Below, in pieces: positions 1-8,430 of a stretch of DNA of 22,501 bases (positions are counted from its first letter, which is position 1; each line of letters opens with the position of its first letter). The stretch comes from Candidatus Thorarchaeota archaeon (GTDB lineage: Archaea; Asgardarchaeota; Thorarchaeia; Thorarchaeales; Thorarchaeaceae): contig JBHLQM010000044.1 of NCBI GenBank assembly GCA_048884785.1, positions 7,499 to 29,999 on the forward strand. Reading direction: 5' to 3'. Below the pieces are notes generated by a model, which made no database searches, was not told where the DNA came from, and saw only the letters and a program-made list of their open reading frames with translations. A program made the position numbers and the translations under genes.

Positions 1-1016
1 TATGATGTGAACTGCATCGATAGACCAACTATCAACGCACCAAAGAAAGTTCCTTCAAAGCGACCATAATGGGCGCCTCCTACAACGACTATGACAAACG
101 CATATATGAGGTACGTCAGACCGTGACCAGAGTTTGCTCCAATCCACGGAACTAGAATAGCACCGGACAATCCCGCAAGGCCTGCACCCAACATGAATAC
201 AATAGTAAACAATCTTCTAATGTTGGTGCCTAATGCTTCAACCATCTCGGAATCTTCAATTCCTGCCTGAATTTGCAGACCAATACGCGTCTTTCTAAAA
301 CCTAAAAACATTAGTCCAGCAACGGTGAATCCCAGAAAGATTAAGAAAATACGGTAGAGATCAAACAAATAACCTCCACCAAAATCTACAACGCCACTAA
401 TGAAGAAGTAGTATATTTGGGAATGAGGGATAATAAAATAGGAGAATTGCGAAGGACCCCAGAAGATTTCGGCCATCTGAGTAATGATGAACATAAAACC
501 AACAGTTAGCAGTATCTGGGCGATAGGATTGCCATAAAGCCGTCGAACTGTAAAGAACTCTATCCCTCCACCAATGAGAGCCATAATTGCTGTCGCTCCA
601 AAGGCACTCACAATAAAGGCTGTAACTGACAGCATAAAATAATTGGTTCCAAAGATGGCGAAGAATGGTAAAGATGGGTTCAAGAAAACAGCCTCAGTTT
701 CGAGATAGATTACGTACCCCAAGAATCCCCCCAACATGAAGAACGCACCGTGTGCGAAATTGATTACATCGCATAGGCCAAAGATCAAGAAGAAACCTGA
801 AACCATCAAGAATAGGAGCATGCTGAATGCAAGACCATTTACCAGCGATTTGCTTGCTCTTACAACAAATCCATCCCACGTATAGAAGTCTATGGCAGCG
901 AAAATCAAAAGACCGCCTATTATTATGAGTACGACCACTGTTACGATTCTCAATATTCTGCGAATCTGTGGGTTTGCCTCCAAATAATCCCGAGGCGAGA
1001 ATTTTTTTCTTTCCAT
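1..1016 (-). CDS. livH: Branched-chain amino acid (HAAT/Liv family) ABC transporter permease, LivH-like; truncated by the left window edge
   Basis: Absent from the ORF track; translated by hand at both ends, which share one frame. ATG at 1016 follows AGGTGA. N-terminal part reads MERKKFSPRDYLEANPQIRRILRIVTVVVLIIIGGLLIFAA...NGLAFSMLLFLMVSGFFLIFGLCDVINFAHGAFFMLGG. Distal part reads AFVIVVVGGAHYGRFEGTFFGALIVGL. INFAHG and FxxVVxGG are LivH hallmarks. Confidence 0.93.
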   Translation of the reverse strand, partial: MERKKFSPRDYLEANPQIRRILRIVTVVVLIIIGGLLIFAAIDFYTWDGFVVRASKSLVNGLAFSMLLFLMVSGFFLIFGLCDVINFAHGAFFMLGGFLGYVIYLETEAVFLNPSLPFFAIFGTNYFMLSVTAFIVSAFGATAIMALIGGGIEFFTVRRLYGNPIAQILLTVGFMFIITQMAEIFWGPSQFSYFIIPHSQIYYFFISGVVDFGGGYLFDLYRIFLIFLGFTVAGLMFLGFRKTRIGLQIQAGIEDSEMVEALGTNIRRLFTIVFMLGAGLAGLSGAILVPWIGANSGHGLTYLIYAFVIVVVGGAHYGRFEGTFFGALIVGLSMQFTS

Positions 1017-1046
1017 CGTCTTTTTCACCTTGATTCAACAACTATG

Positions 1047-1766
1047 CTAAATTGTTACTCCCAAGTATTGCGCTACAAGCTGTTTGTCAGCCACCAACTT
1101 CGCCATGTCCTTGCCTTCATGTACTATCTTCCCGCTATCAAAGATGTAATAGTTATCACCGAGCTTTGACACTGCTCTAAAATTCTGTTCCACTAATAGG
1201 ATAGTTGCAAATTCCTTTAGCCTGTCCAGAGCATTGATGAGATTCCTAGCCAATATAGGACTCAACCCCTCTGTTGGTTCGTCGATAAGCAATAGGTCAT
1301 TATCGTTCACCAATGCACGGGCAACAGCCAGCATTTGCTGCTGACCACCTGACAGCGTCTTGGCCCTCTGTTTAAAGAATCTCCTCATGTCCGGAAATAG
1401 GTCAAAAATAAACTCCAATCGTTCAGGGTAATCGCCCACAAGACCCCCCTTTCGTCTTGACACAATCAGGTTTTGCTCAACTGTCAATGTGCCGAAAATT
1501 CTTCTGGTGTCAGGAACATATCCAATGCCCTTACTGACTATTTTGTGAGTAGGTAGATGCGATATGTCCTCATCTTTGAAAACTATCTTTCCTTCTCTTG
1601 GTGGATAGATTCCCAGTATAGCTTTCATTGTTGTAGTTTTTCCAGAGCCATTTCTACCCAACAGCAGTGTTACTTCTCCTTTGGGCACAACTAGCGAGAT
1701 TCCCTGTAAAATGTAGAAAGACCCTATGTAAACATGGGCATTTTGAATTTCAAGCAAGTTCTTCAT
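1047..1766 (-). CDS. livF: HAAT/Liv ABC transporter ATP-binding subunit, LivF-like
   Basis: Walker A GRNGSGKTT, GIGYVPDTRRIFGTLTVEQNL, signature LSGGQQQMLAVARAL, Walker B LLLIDEPTEGLSP, ILLVEQN. The likely start is ATG 1766 (MKNLL), after GGTGG and overlapping the livG 3' end. Confidence 0.93.
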   Translation of the reverse strand: MKNLLEIQNAHVYIGSFYILQGISLVVPKGEVTLLLGRNGSGKTTTMKAILGIYPPREGKIVFKDEDISHLPTHKIVSKGIGYVPDTRRIFGTLTVEQNLIVSRRKGGLVGDYPERLEFIFDLFPDMRRFFKQRAKTLSGGQQQMLAVARALVNDNDLLLIDEPTEGLSPILARNLINALDRLKEFATILLVEQNFRAVSKLGDNYYIFDSGKIVHEGKDMAKLVADKQLVAQYLGVTI

Positions 1767-2544
1767 CTGTACCACCAAGATAAGCAGCTAACACTAGTTC
1801 ATTTTCTTGAATCTCCTTCGGAGGGCCTTTAGCGATTACGCGTCCTTCTGATAGAACAAAAATCTCCTCACTCAGCCTCATTACTATGTCCATCTTATGT
1901 TCTACTACTACAAGCGTCAATTGGTCGCCATAAGATTCTTTGACCCGTATTATAGCATCAATAACTTCGGGTATCTCTTCTATTGACATCCCTGCAGCTG
2001 GCTCATCAAGTAGAAGGAGTCTTGGCTCTGTAGCAAGAGCCATCGCGATTTCCAGTTTTCTTTGCTCTGCGTGCGGTATCAACGCAGCTGGAATATACAG
2101 TTTGGTTGGGTCAAGTCCCACAACTGACACTATTTCCAGCACTCTTTCATGAAATCTTTCATATGAGCTTGCGTTCGTTAACATTCCCAAGAAATTTACT
2201 CTCGCACCACTACAACCTTGTACAGCCAGTCGAATATTCTCAAAGGTTGTTTGATATGGGAATATGTTCGTAATTTGATATGATCTTGATATCCCCCGTC
2301 TCGTACGTTGGTGCATTGAAAATCTCGTTATATCCTGACCTTCAAAGTATATCTTTCCGGAAGATGGAAGTAGCGCGCCTGTAATCAAATTGAAAAATGT
2401 GGTCTTGCCTGAACCATTCGGGCCAATGATGGCTTTTATAGAACCTCTCTCCACATCAAGTGTCACATCATTAACGGCAACAAGCCCTCCAAAGCTCTTT
2501 GTTAATCCACTTGTGCTGAGGATAAAATCATTCGTAGAGGACAA
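1750..2544 (-). CDS. livG: HAAT/Liv ABC transporter ATP-binding subunit, LivG-like
   Basis: LTKSFGGLVAVNDV, Walker A GPNGSGKTT, GISRSYQ, LLLLDEPAAGM, VEHKM, C-terminal V..AYLG. TTG start preceded by GAGGAAGGAG. Confidence 0.93.
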   Translation of the reverse strand: MSSTNDFILSTSGLTKSFGGLVAVNDVTLDVERGSIKAIIGPNGSGKTTFFNLITGALLPSSGKIYFEGQDITRFSMHQRTRRGISRSYQITNIFPYQTTFENIRLAVQGCSGARVNFLGMLTNASSYERFHERVLEIVSVVGLDPTKLYIPAALIPHAEQRKLEIAMALATEPRLLLLDEPAAGMSIEEIPEVIDAIIRVKESYGDQLTLVVVEHKMDIVMRLSEEIFVLSEGRVIAKGPPKEIQENELVLAAYLGGTDEELA

Positions 2545-2599
2545 TTGGCTCTCCTTCCTCGCAATCTGTCAATAGAAGCATGTACCCAATAGACAGCAT

Positions 2600-2736
2600 T
2601 TAGGCGAATAATATATCTTTTGGATTAAATTTGGTATGTTTCTTGTTTCTAATCAGCAACAAAAGCAAGGAAGCACATCTTCAGTAAGACTAATACTCGA
2701 GAGTACAATGATTTTAATTCAATAGGAGCTTGTGAA
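2600..2736. promoter_or_regulatory. Divergent promoter region between liv and the acyl-CoA operon, with TATA-like boxes and an imperfect 20-bp palindrome
   Basis: AT-rich AATAATATATCTTT (about 2607-2620) and ATTTTAATT (2711-2719). Inverted repeat TTGTTTCT-AATC-AGCAACAA at 2643-2662 with one mismatch. SD-like AGGAG before ATG 2737. Confidence 0.45.
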
Positions 2737-4266
2737 ATGGTTTTGAATGATTGGGCTTGGATTGGAGATTGGACAGGAAGAAGAGCTCTTTTAACACCTA
2801 ATAGTGAGGCTGTAGTTGACAACATTCAGCATAGGAGATACACGTTCAAGGTTATGAATGAACGTGCCAATCAAACTGCTAGATTGCTGCTAGATTCCGG
2901 AATACAGAAAGGTGACAGAGTTGGAGTGTTATCGAAAAACAGATTCGATTTTCTTGATATTCTATTTGCCTGCGGCAAGATAGGGGCAATCTTGACTCCA
3001 TTCAACACTAGGCTCACAGCAAAAGAGATTGAATACCTGATAAAGAAAACAGACCCTTCCATCTTCTTCTATGATCCCGATCTCGGAGCTCAGTTTGAGG
3101 ATACGCGCCCGTTTCTCAAAAAAAGACACATATTCGTAATGGGAGATAAAAAGTCAGAAAATGACAGAAACCTTGACTCGGCGAGGTCCAAGAATTCATC
3201 TGATGAAGTGGAACGTCCCTCAATAACCTTGGATGATCCGTACCTAATTGTTTTCACTGGAGGTACCACAGGACTGCCCAAAGGTGCGATTCTTTCCCAT
3301 GGCTTAGTGTTCTGGAATTCAGTTAATACGATTGTTTCATGGGGACTGCGACCTGATGACATTCAGCCACTTCTCTTTCCTCTCTTTCATACAGGCGGAA
3401 TCAACGTTCTCTTAATCCCCTTCTATCATATCGGGGCCAAGACGATTATCATGGGCGATTTCAATGTGGATGCAACCCTAAAGGTAATTGAGAGGGAGAA
3501 CTGTTCCATTGTCATAGGAGTCCCGACAATGTTCAACATGATGTCGGAGTCACCCATGTTTGAGAATGCGAACTTCGACAGTGTACGAGTCTTCATTAGT
3601 GGCGGAGCTCCTTGCCCCGTGGCCATAATGGAAAAGTACTGGAAACGCGGCAAGATACTGAAAATGGGATATGGACTAACAGAAGTGGGGCCGAATAATT
3701 TCTATCTTCCCGACAGTGAAGTGGAACGAAAACCATCCTCTGTTGGATTCCCTGTGTTTCACTGTGACATGAGAGTGGTTGATGACCACGGAAATGAAAT
3801 GCCAGCAGGCGCGGTTGGCGAGTTAATGCTGCGTGGGCCTCACACATTCTCAGGGTACTGGGATGAACCTGAAGAAACATCCAAAACCATCGAACATGAT
3901 GGTTGGGTTCACACCGGCGACCTTGCCATGAGAGATGCTGAAGGATTCTATTTCATAACCGGACGAAAGAAGGATATGTTCATCTCAGGAGGTGAGAATG
4001 TCTATCCCACTGAGATTGAGGAGCTTCTCTACAAACATCCCTCTATTTTGGAGGCCGCCGTTATAGGAGTCCCTCATGAGAAATGGGGCGAGGTGGGCAA
4101 GGCATTCATTGTGTTGAAACCGGGCAAGAGTCTTATTGAAAAGGAGATTCTTGAGTATCTTGATGGAAAGCTTGCAAAGTATAAGATACCAAAGCATTTC
4201 GAATTCAGAGATGAACTGCCAAAGAGCGCAGCTGGAAAGATACTGAAGCGGGAATTAGTTGGATAA
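2737..4266 (+). CDS. Acyl-CoA synthetase / AMP-dependent ligase (FadD-like, ANL superfamily)
   Basis: P-loop FTGGTTGLPKG, PLFHTGG, GYGLTE, HTGD, GRKKDMFISGGENVYPTEIE, terminal PKSAAGKILK. Confidence 0.95.
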   Translation: MVLNDWAWIGDWTGRRALLTPNSEAVVDNIQHRRYTFKVMNERANQTARLLLDSGIQKGDRVGVLSKNRFDFLDILFACGKIGAILTPFNTRLTAKEIEYLIKKTDPSIFFYDPDLGAQFEDTRPFLKKRHIFVMGDKKSENDRNLDSARSKNSSDEVERPSITLDDPYLIVFTGGTTGLPKGAILSHGLVFWNSVNTIVSWGLRPDDIQPLLFPLFHTGGINVLLIPFYHIGAKTIIMGDFNVDATLKVIERENCSIVIGVPTMFNMMSESPMFENANFDSVRVFISGGAPCPVAIMEKYWKRGKILKMGYGLTEVGPNNFYLPDSEVERKPSSVGFPVFHCDMRVVDDHGNEMPAGAVGELMLRGPHTFSGYWDEPEETSKTIEHDGWVHTGDLAMRDAEGFYFITGRKKDMFISGGENVYPTEIEELLYKHPSILEAAVIGVPHEKWGEVGKAFIVLKPGKSLIEKEILEYLDGKLAKYKIPKHFEFRDELPKSAAGKILKRELVG

Positions 4267-4281
4267 TCAGGAGGTATAATC

Positions 4282-5307
4282 ATGACTAGGAAGAGTATCG
4301 GCATTGAGGCAATTGGCACATATATTCCGAAGGAGCGACATACTGCTGAATATATCTCAAGCAAGTCTGGGACTCCTGCTGAAGTCATCAAGAGTAAGAT
4401 GGGAATGAAGAGTAAGGCAGTCCCAGGGAAGGATGATCATACAGTTGCAATGGGAGTGAAGGCTGCCAAGATTGCCATTGAAAGGGCTGGAATCGATCCG
4501 GCAAAGGACATTGATTTGGTCATCTGGGCAGGTGAGGTCTATGCCGAGCATCCTATGCAGACATATGCAATAAAATTCCAGGGCGATATTGGCGCGACAA
4601 ACGCCTGGGCGTTTGATGTTAATCAGAGATGTGGGACGATTGTCGTGGCAATGATGCTTGCCAAGTCGCTAATGCTGACAGAGGGCTATAGACGTGTTAT
4701 TATTGGGAGTGGCTACCGCAATTGCGATCTAATAGACTATGAGAATATTCGAACTCGATTCATGCATGACCTAGCTGCAAGTGGTGTTGCTATGATCCTT
4801 CGTTCCGATTTTGGCAAAAATATAGTTCTTGAGGGCAGCGTGATCTCTGATGGTCAGTTCTCTGAAGATGTCTATGTTCCAGCAGGCGGGACGGTAATGC
4901 CAATCTCTTGCGAGGCAATTGAGAAGAAGCTGACATACCTTGATGTTACAGATCCAGAAGGTCTCAAAGAAAGATTAGATAGACTGTCAATGCAGAACTT
5001 CATCAAGGTTGTAGATGAATCCCTCAAAAAGAGCGGCTACACCAGAGAGGATATTGACTACCTGGGTCTTCTTCGAATGAAGAGAAGCGCATTTGAATAT
5101 GTAGCAACAGAACTTGGCGTTGACCCGTATGAGCAAGCAACATATTTTGAGGAATGGGGACATATGGGGCAGAATGACGCCGTTGTTTCACTGGAAGAAG
5201 GCTTGAAGAGCGGGAAGATAAAAGATGGTGATGTTGTCGTTCTAACGGCAGCCGGCATTGGATGGTCGTGGAATGCCATGACAATCAAATGGGGAGCACA
5301 GGAGTGA
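4282..5307 (+). CDS. 3-oxoacyl-[ACP/CoA] synthase III (FabH/KAS III-like, thiolase fold) family protein with an atypical active site
   Basis: IGTYIP at the N-terminus, AFDVNQRCG with nucleophile Cys117, WGHMGQND, C-terminal GDVVVLTAAGIGWSW (FabH-like GxGxxW). Strong SD GGAGGT. Confidence 0.88.
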   Translation: MTRKSIGIEAIGTYIPKERHTAEYISSKSGTPAEVIKSKMGMKSKAVPGKDDHTVAMGVKAAKIAIERAGIDPAKDIDLVIWAGEVYAEHPMQTYAIKFQGDIGATNAWAFDVNQRCGTIVVAMMLAKSLMLTEGYRRVIIGSGYRNCDLIDYENIRTRFMHDLAASGVAMILRSDFGKNIVLEGSVISDGQFSEDVYVPAGGTVMPISCEAIEKKLTYLDVTDPEGLKERLDRLSMQNFIKVVDESLKKSGYTREDIDYLGLLRMKRSAFEYVATELGVDPYEQATYFEEWGHMGQNDAVVSLEEGLKSGKIKDGDVVVLTAAGIGWSWNAMTIKWGAQE

Positions 5308-5312
5308 TTGCT

Positions 5313-5729
5313 ATGAAGGTTACTAAATATTCAGACATCAAATTAGGTGACTTTGCAGAAGTAGAGCATTTCATAACTGATGAAGATATTCAGACATTTG
5401 GCAGGTTAAGCGGCGATTATAATCCGCTGCATTTTGATGAAGAATGGGCAAAAACAACGATGTTTGGTAGTCGAATTGCCCATGGTCTTCTTACAGCATC
5501 TTTCATCAGTACAGCTATTGGAATGCATCTTCCAGGAGCTGGAACAATATACATAGGCCAAAGCATGCGCTTCCTAGGACCTGTAAGGATTGGTGATACG
5601 GTGATTGCTCGTGTAGAAGTAGTCAAGCTGGATGATGAAAAAGAGCGCGTGACTCTTAGAACAACTTGTACAAACCAGCGTGGCAAGCTAGTACTAGATG
5701 GAGAAGCAGAAGTGACCCTCATGAGATAG
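5313..5729 (+). CDS. MaoC-family (R)-specific enoyl-CoA hydratase/dehydratase (PhaJ-like, hot-dog fold)
   Basis: Hydratase motif SGDYNPLHFD with the Asp/His dyad, IAHGLL, PGAGTIY, F.GPV.IGD. The start is more likely ATG 5313 (after GGAGTGA) than 5262. Confidence 0.92.
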   Translation: MKVTKYSDIKLGDFAEVEHFITDEDIQTFGRLSGDYNPLHFDEEWAKTTMFGSRIAHGLLTASFISTAIGMHLPGAGTIYIGQSMRFLGPVRIGDTVIARVEVVKLDDEKERVTLRTTCTNQRGKLVLDGEAEVTLMR

Positions 5730-5773
5730 ACAACATGAGCTTGTGCATGAACTCCTAATATCGGAATGAGCCT

Positions 5774-7414
5774 CTAGTCCTTCAGAATCCGTGGCAGTGC
5801 AAATCGCAACACGATCGCCTCTCCAAGGGATATAGCTAGCTGAGTGAGAATTGCCAAGACATGATTTCCTGTGGTCAATAGCATATAGCTGTACCCTACA
5901 AGAGGTGAAAAGCCAACAATACCGCTGATCAAGAGCGCGAAAAACGATATTGCCTGATCACCGACGAGATTGACCGCAGTTACCCGGCCGCCTCCACGAA
6001 CTCGATATATTGCCCCACCTACAGCAGCCCCAATTGAGTAGGTACAGGGTAATTGGAAAAGAGGAATGAGGAGGAGATATGGCGATATTAGTGAGTTGAC
6101 CAAGAGAATCACAAACACTACTATCATTGAGAAAACATATGATACTGAAAAGATTGCTATTTTCCCGTTTAGAACTGTGAAGGTCTTCAATGGCAATCCT
6201 TCGTAAACCGAAGCACCTTGAGTATCTAAACCTAGTAGTCCTATCATTGCTATTCCTGCAAAGACTGTTACATAGCCAACAACCATCAATACTGCCATAC
6301 TACGAATCCCGGAAACTCCGCCTATTGAGAGAGAAGGAAGAATTGCAAATATCATTAAGAATGGAAAAACAAGCAGCATGATGGAACCTAAACTTCGAGT
6401 GGCAATTCGTAGGTCCTTTCGAACTAGCGCTCGAAGCTCCGATGAGATGTGTATATCAACCGGCGATACAGATGATGATGCAGACACTGAAACTCCGCCC
6501 AATGCCAGAGATTTCAGAGTTTTTCCACTAGTTTGATAACTTCTGATACCAAGATAGAGATAAAGAATGGAAGCCGCTGCTGAAGCAATAATAGTAGGTA
6601 GTGGAAACACAAAACCATAGGCAAGCGTTGCAGCCACGAATCCAAATGAGAATGGAAATAGCAGAGCTAGAATACTAATTACTCCTGAACCTGCGATTGT
6701 GGAGAAAGTGACAATCACATTTACAATGGCAGGGATAAATCCTATCGCACCATATGAGACCACGAAGCCCAATGTCATCCCGATTCCAGCCCCAATTCTT
6801 ATGATTGATGAGAACGCAGATTCACTTCCGGCTTGGGATTTTGAATAGAACCACCCTGATACACGAATAAGAGCTCCAAGTGCCAAGATTGATGTCGCGG
6901 TCAATGAGGCAAATACAAAGATGGCAGTCAGGAGTCCAAAGATGATGGCAATCAGAATTGGAAAAATCACTAGAAGCAATGCAATAGGAGCAATGAATAT
7001 TCTGGCAAAAGCGAGTAGCATTAGTCCCTCTAAATCAGATTTGCTAAATGGAAGCGTAGATGGTAGAACCATCGCGCCAGCGCTGAAGAAGCCAGTTGAA
7101 GATATTAGATTCATGAAGAATATCAGCACAAAGCCTGCTCCGAAAAATATGCTAATAGAGACAGCGAACTGGAATTCTATTCCTCCGGTCATTTCAAAAA
7201 AGAAGAATGATACCACCATCATGATGCCAACCATAAGTACAACGAACCCTGTTAGCAAGGAGTTTATTGCTGAGCCTCTCTTAATCTGCGAAATGATGCG
7301 TTCGGGTTTTTCCTTTATTCTAGAGAGATTAGAAGGATTGGCGTCAAGATAACCAGTGAACCGAATCTCTTGAGCGATGGTACCAGCAATTCTCCAACGC
7401 TCTCTGAAACTCAA
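5774..7414 (-). CDS. ABC exporter permease (long ABC-2-like polytopic membrane protein)
   Basis: Roughly a dozen hydrophobic segments in two halves, with an ALVRKDLR amphipathic motif starting the second half. TTG start overlaps the ATPase stop (TTGA). Confidence 0.8.
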   Translation of the reverse strand: MSFRERWRIAGTIAQEIRFTGYLDANPSNLSRIKEKPERIISQIKRGSAINSLLTGFVVLMVGIMMVVSFFFFEMTGGIEFQFAVSISIFFGAGFVLIFFMNLISSTGFFSAGAMVLPSTLPFSKSDLEGLMLLAFARIFIAPIALLLVIFPILIAIIFGLLTAIFVFASLTATSILALGALIRVSGWFYSKSQAGSESAFSSIIRIGAGIGMTLGFVVSYGAIGFIPAIVNVIVTFSTIAGSGVISILALLFPFSFGFVAATLAYGFVFPLPTIIASAAASILYLYLGIRSYQTSGKTLKSLALGGVSVSASSSVSPVDIHISSELRALVRKDLRIATRSLGSIMLLVFPFLMIFAILPSLSIGGVSGIRSMAVLMVVGYVTVFAGIAMIGLLGLDTQGASVYEGLPLKTFTVLNGKIAIFSVSYVFSMIVVFVILLVNSLISPYLLLIPLFQLPCTYSIGAAVGGAIYRVRGGGRVTAVNLVGDQAISFFALLISGIVGFSPLVGYSYMLLTTGNHVLAILTQLAISLGEAIVLRFALPRILKD

Positions 7415-8190
7415 TTCTCTAGAGCCCCCCTCAGAGCATCAACGCCCTTCTTTACATCATCCTCTTCTCCGGTTAGTTTGAGAAAGACATTCTCGAGTGT
7501 AGCTCCTTCCGATTCAGATTGAGTACGAAGCTCGTCTAGTGTACCCTCTGCAACAAGAACACCATCATCAATGATTCCTACACGATCACAGAGACCCTCT
7601 GCCATCTCCATAATGTGCGTGCTGAAGAGTACTGAGCCACCTTTGTCGGTATGAATCTGAATGACATCCTTCATGATTCGGGTTGTTCTTACATCGAGGC
7701 CTGAGAATGGCTCATCAAGAATTAGGAGATCTGGGGCATGCAGCATAGCGATGAGTAGCATAGCCTTCTGTTTATTTCCCTGCGAGAGTGTAATAATTGG
7801 CTTATCATAATGATTCGTGAAATCAAGTGCACGAGCCATTTCTGCAACACGGTTTTTTGCATGCCAATGGTCTAGACCTCGAATAGAGCCTACAAACTCA
7901 AGGATTTCTCGGGATGTTAGCGAATTGTAGAGAAGTTGCTCTTCTGGGACATATCCAACTCTTTTCTTGACCTCAATAGGGTCAGAGGTTGAGCTAATGC
8001 CGAAAACATTAGCAGTTCCAGAATCTGGATCTAGAAGACCCATCAAGATCTTCAATGTTGTTGTCTTTCCTGCACCATTAGGCCCCAGAAGCCCATAGAC
8101 CTCACCCTCATGTACATCGAACGTTAGTCTATTGACAGCTGTTATGTGCCCAAAAGTCTTCACAAGGTCTCTAATCTCTATTGGATTCAA
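7411..8190 (-). CDS. ABC exporter ATP-binding protein (ABC-2/DrrA-like)
   Basis: GPNGAGKTT, VGYVPE, LSQGNKQK, LILDEPFSGLD, STH, C-terminal TLENVFLKLT. TTG start with SD AGGAGGAG. Confidence 0.93.
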   Translation of the reverse strand: MNPIEIRDLVKTFGHITAVNRLTFDVHEGEVYGLLGPNGAGKTTTLKILMGLLDPDSGTANVFGISSTSDPIEVKKRVGYVPEEQLLYNSLTSREILEFVGSIRGLDHWHAKNRVAEMARALDFTNHYDKPIITLSQGNKQKAMLLIAMLHAPDLLILDEPFSGLDVRTTRIMKDVIQIHTDKGGSVLFSTHIMEMAEGLCDRVGIIDDGVLVAEGTLDELRTQSESEGATLENVFLKLTGEEDDVKKGVDALRGALEN

Positions 8191-8210
8191 ACCAACTCCT
8201 CCTATTCACG

Positions 8211-8269
8211 CAGCAGTTTGGTTTCAGACAAACTACTGGAAATCAATCACATTGAAACAGTATATATTC
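8211..8269 (-). promoter_or_regulatory. Promoter of the ABC exporter: TATA-like box plus a 10-bp inverted repeat near the expected start site
   Basis: GAATATATAC on the minus strand (8260-8269). CAGCAGTTTG (8211-8220) / CAAACTACTG (8229-8238), fully paired with one G-U in the minus-strand RNA. Confidence 0.5.
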
Positions 8270-8430
8270 TTCGAGAGAAGCAAAACATTGTATCGTCTTT
8301 CAAAAGGCTACCAATAATACAACTGGGTTGTATGAATTTATGTGCTTCGAGATAATCTCAATTCATGAGGGCGGCAAAGAATCAAAATACTGTAGGATAG
8401 TGGAACTAATCAGAATAGGGAATCAAGAGA

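Noticed and set aside
694-1041. 115-aa ORF from the track
   Set aside because: It is an alternative frame over the real livH, which starts at 1016 and carries clear family motifs.
5262-5312. Longer N-terminus for the MaoC protein
   Set aside because: It overlaps the KAS III-like gene; the SD position favours ATG 5313.
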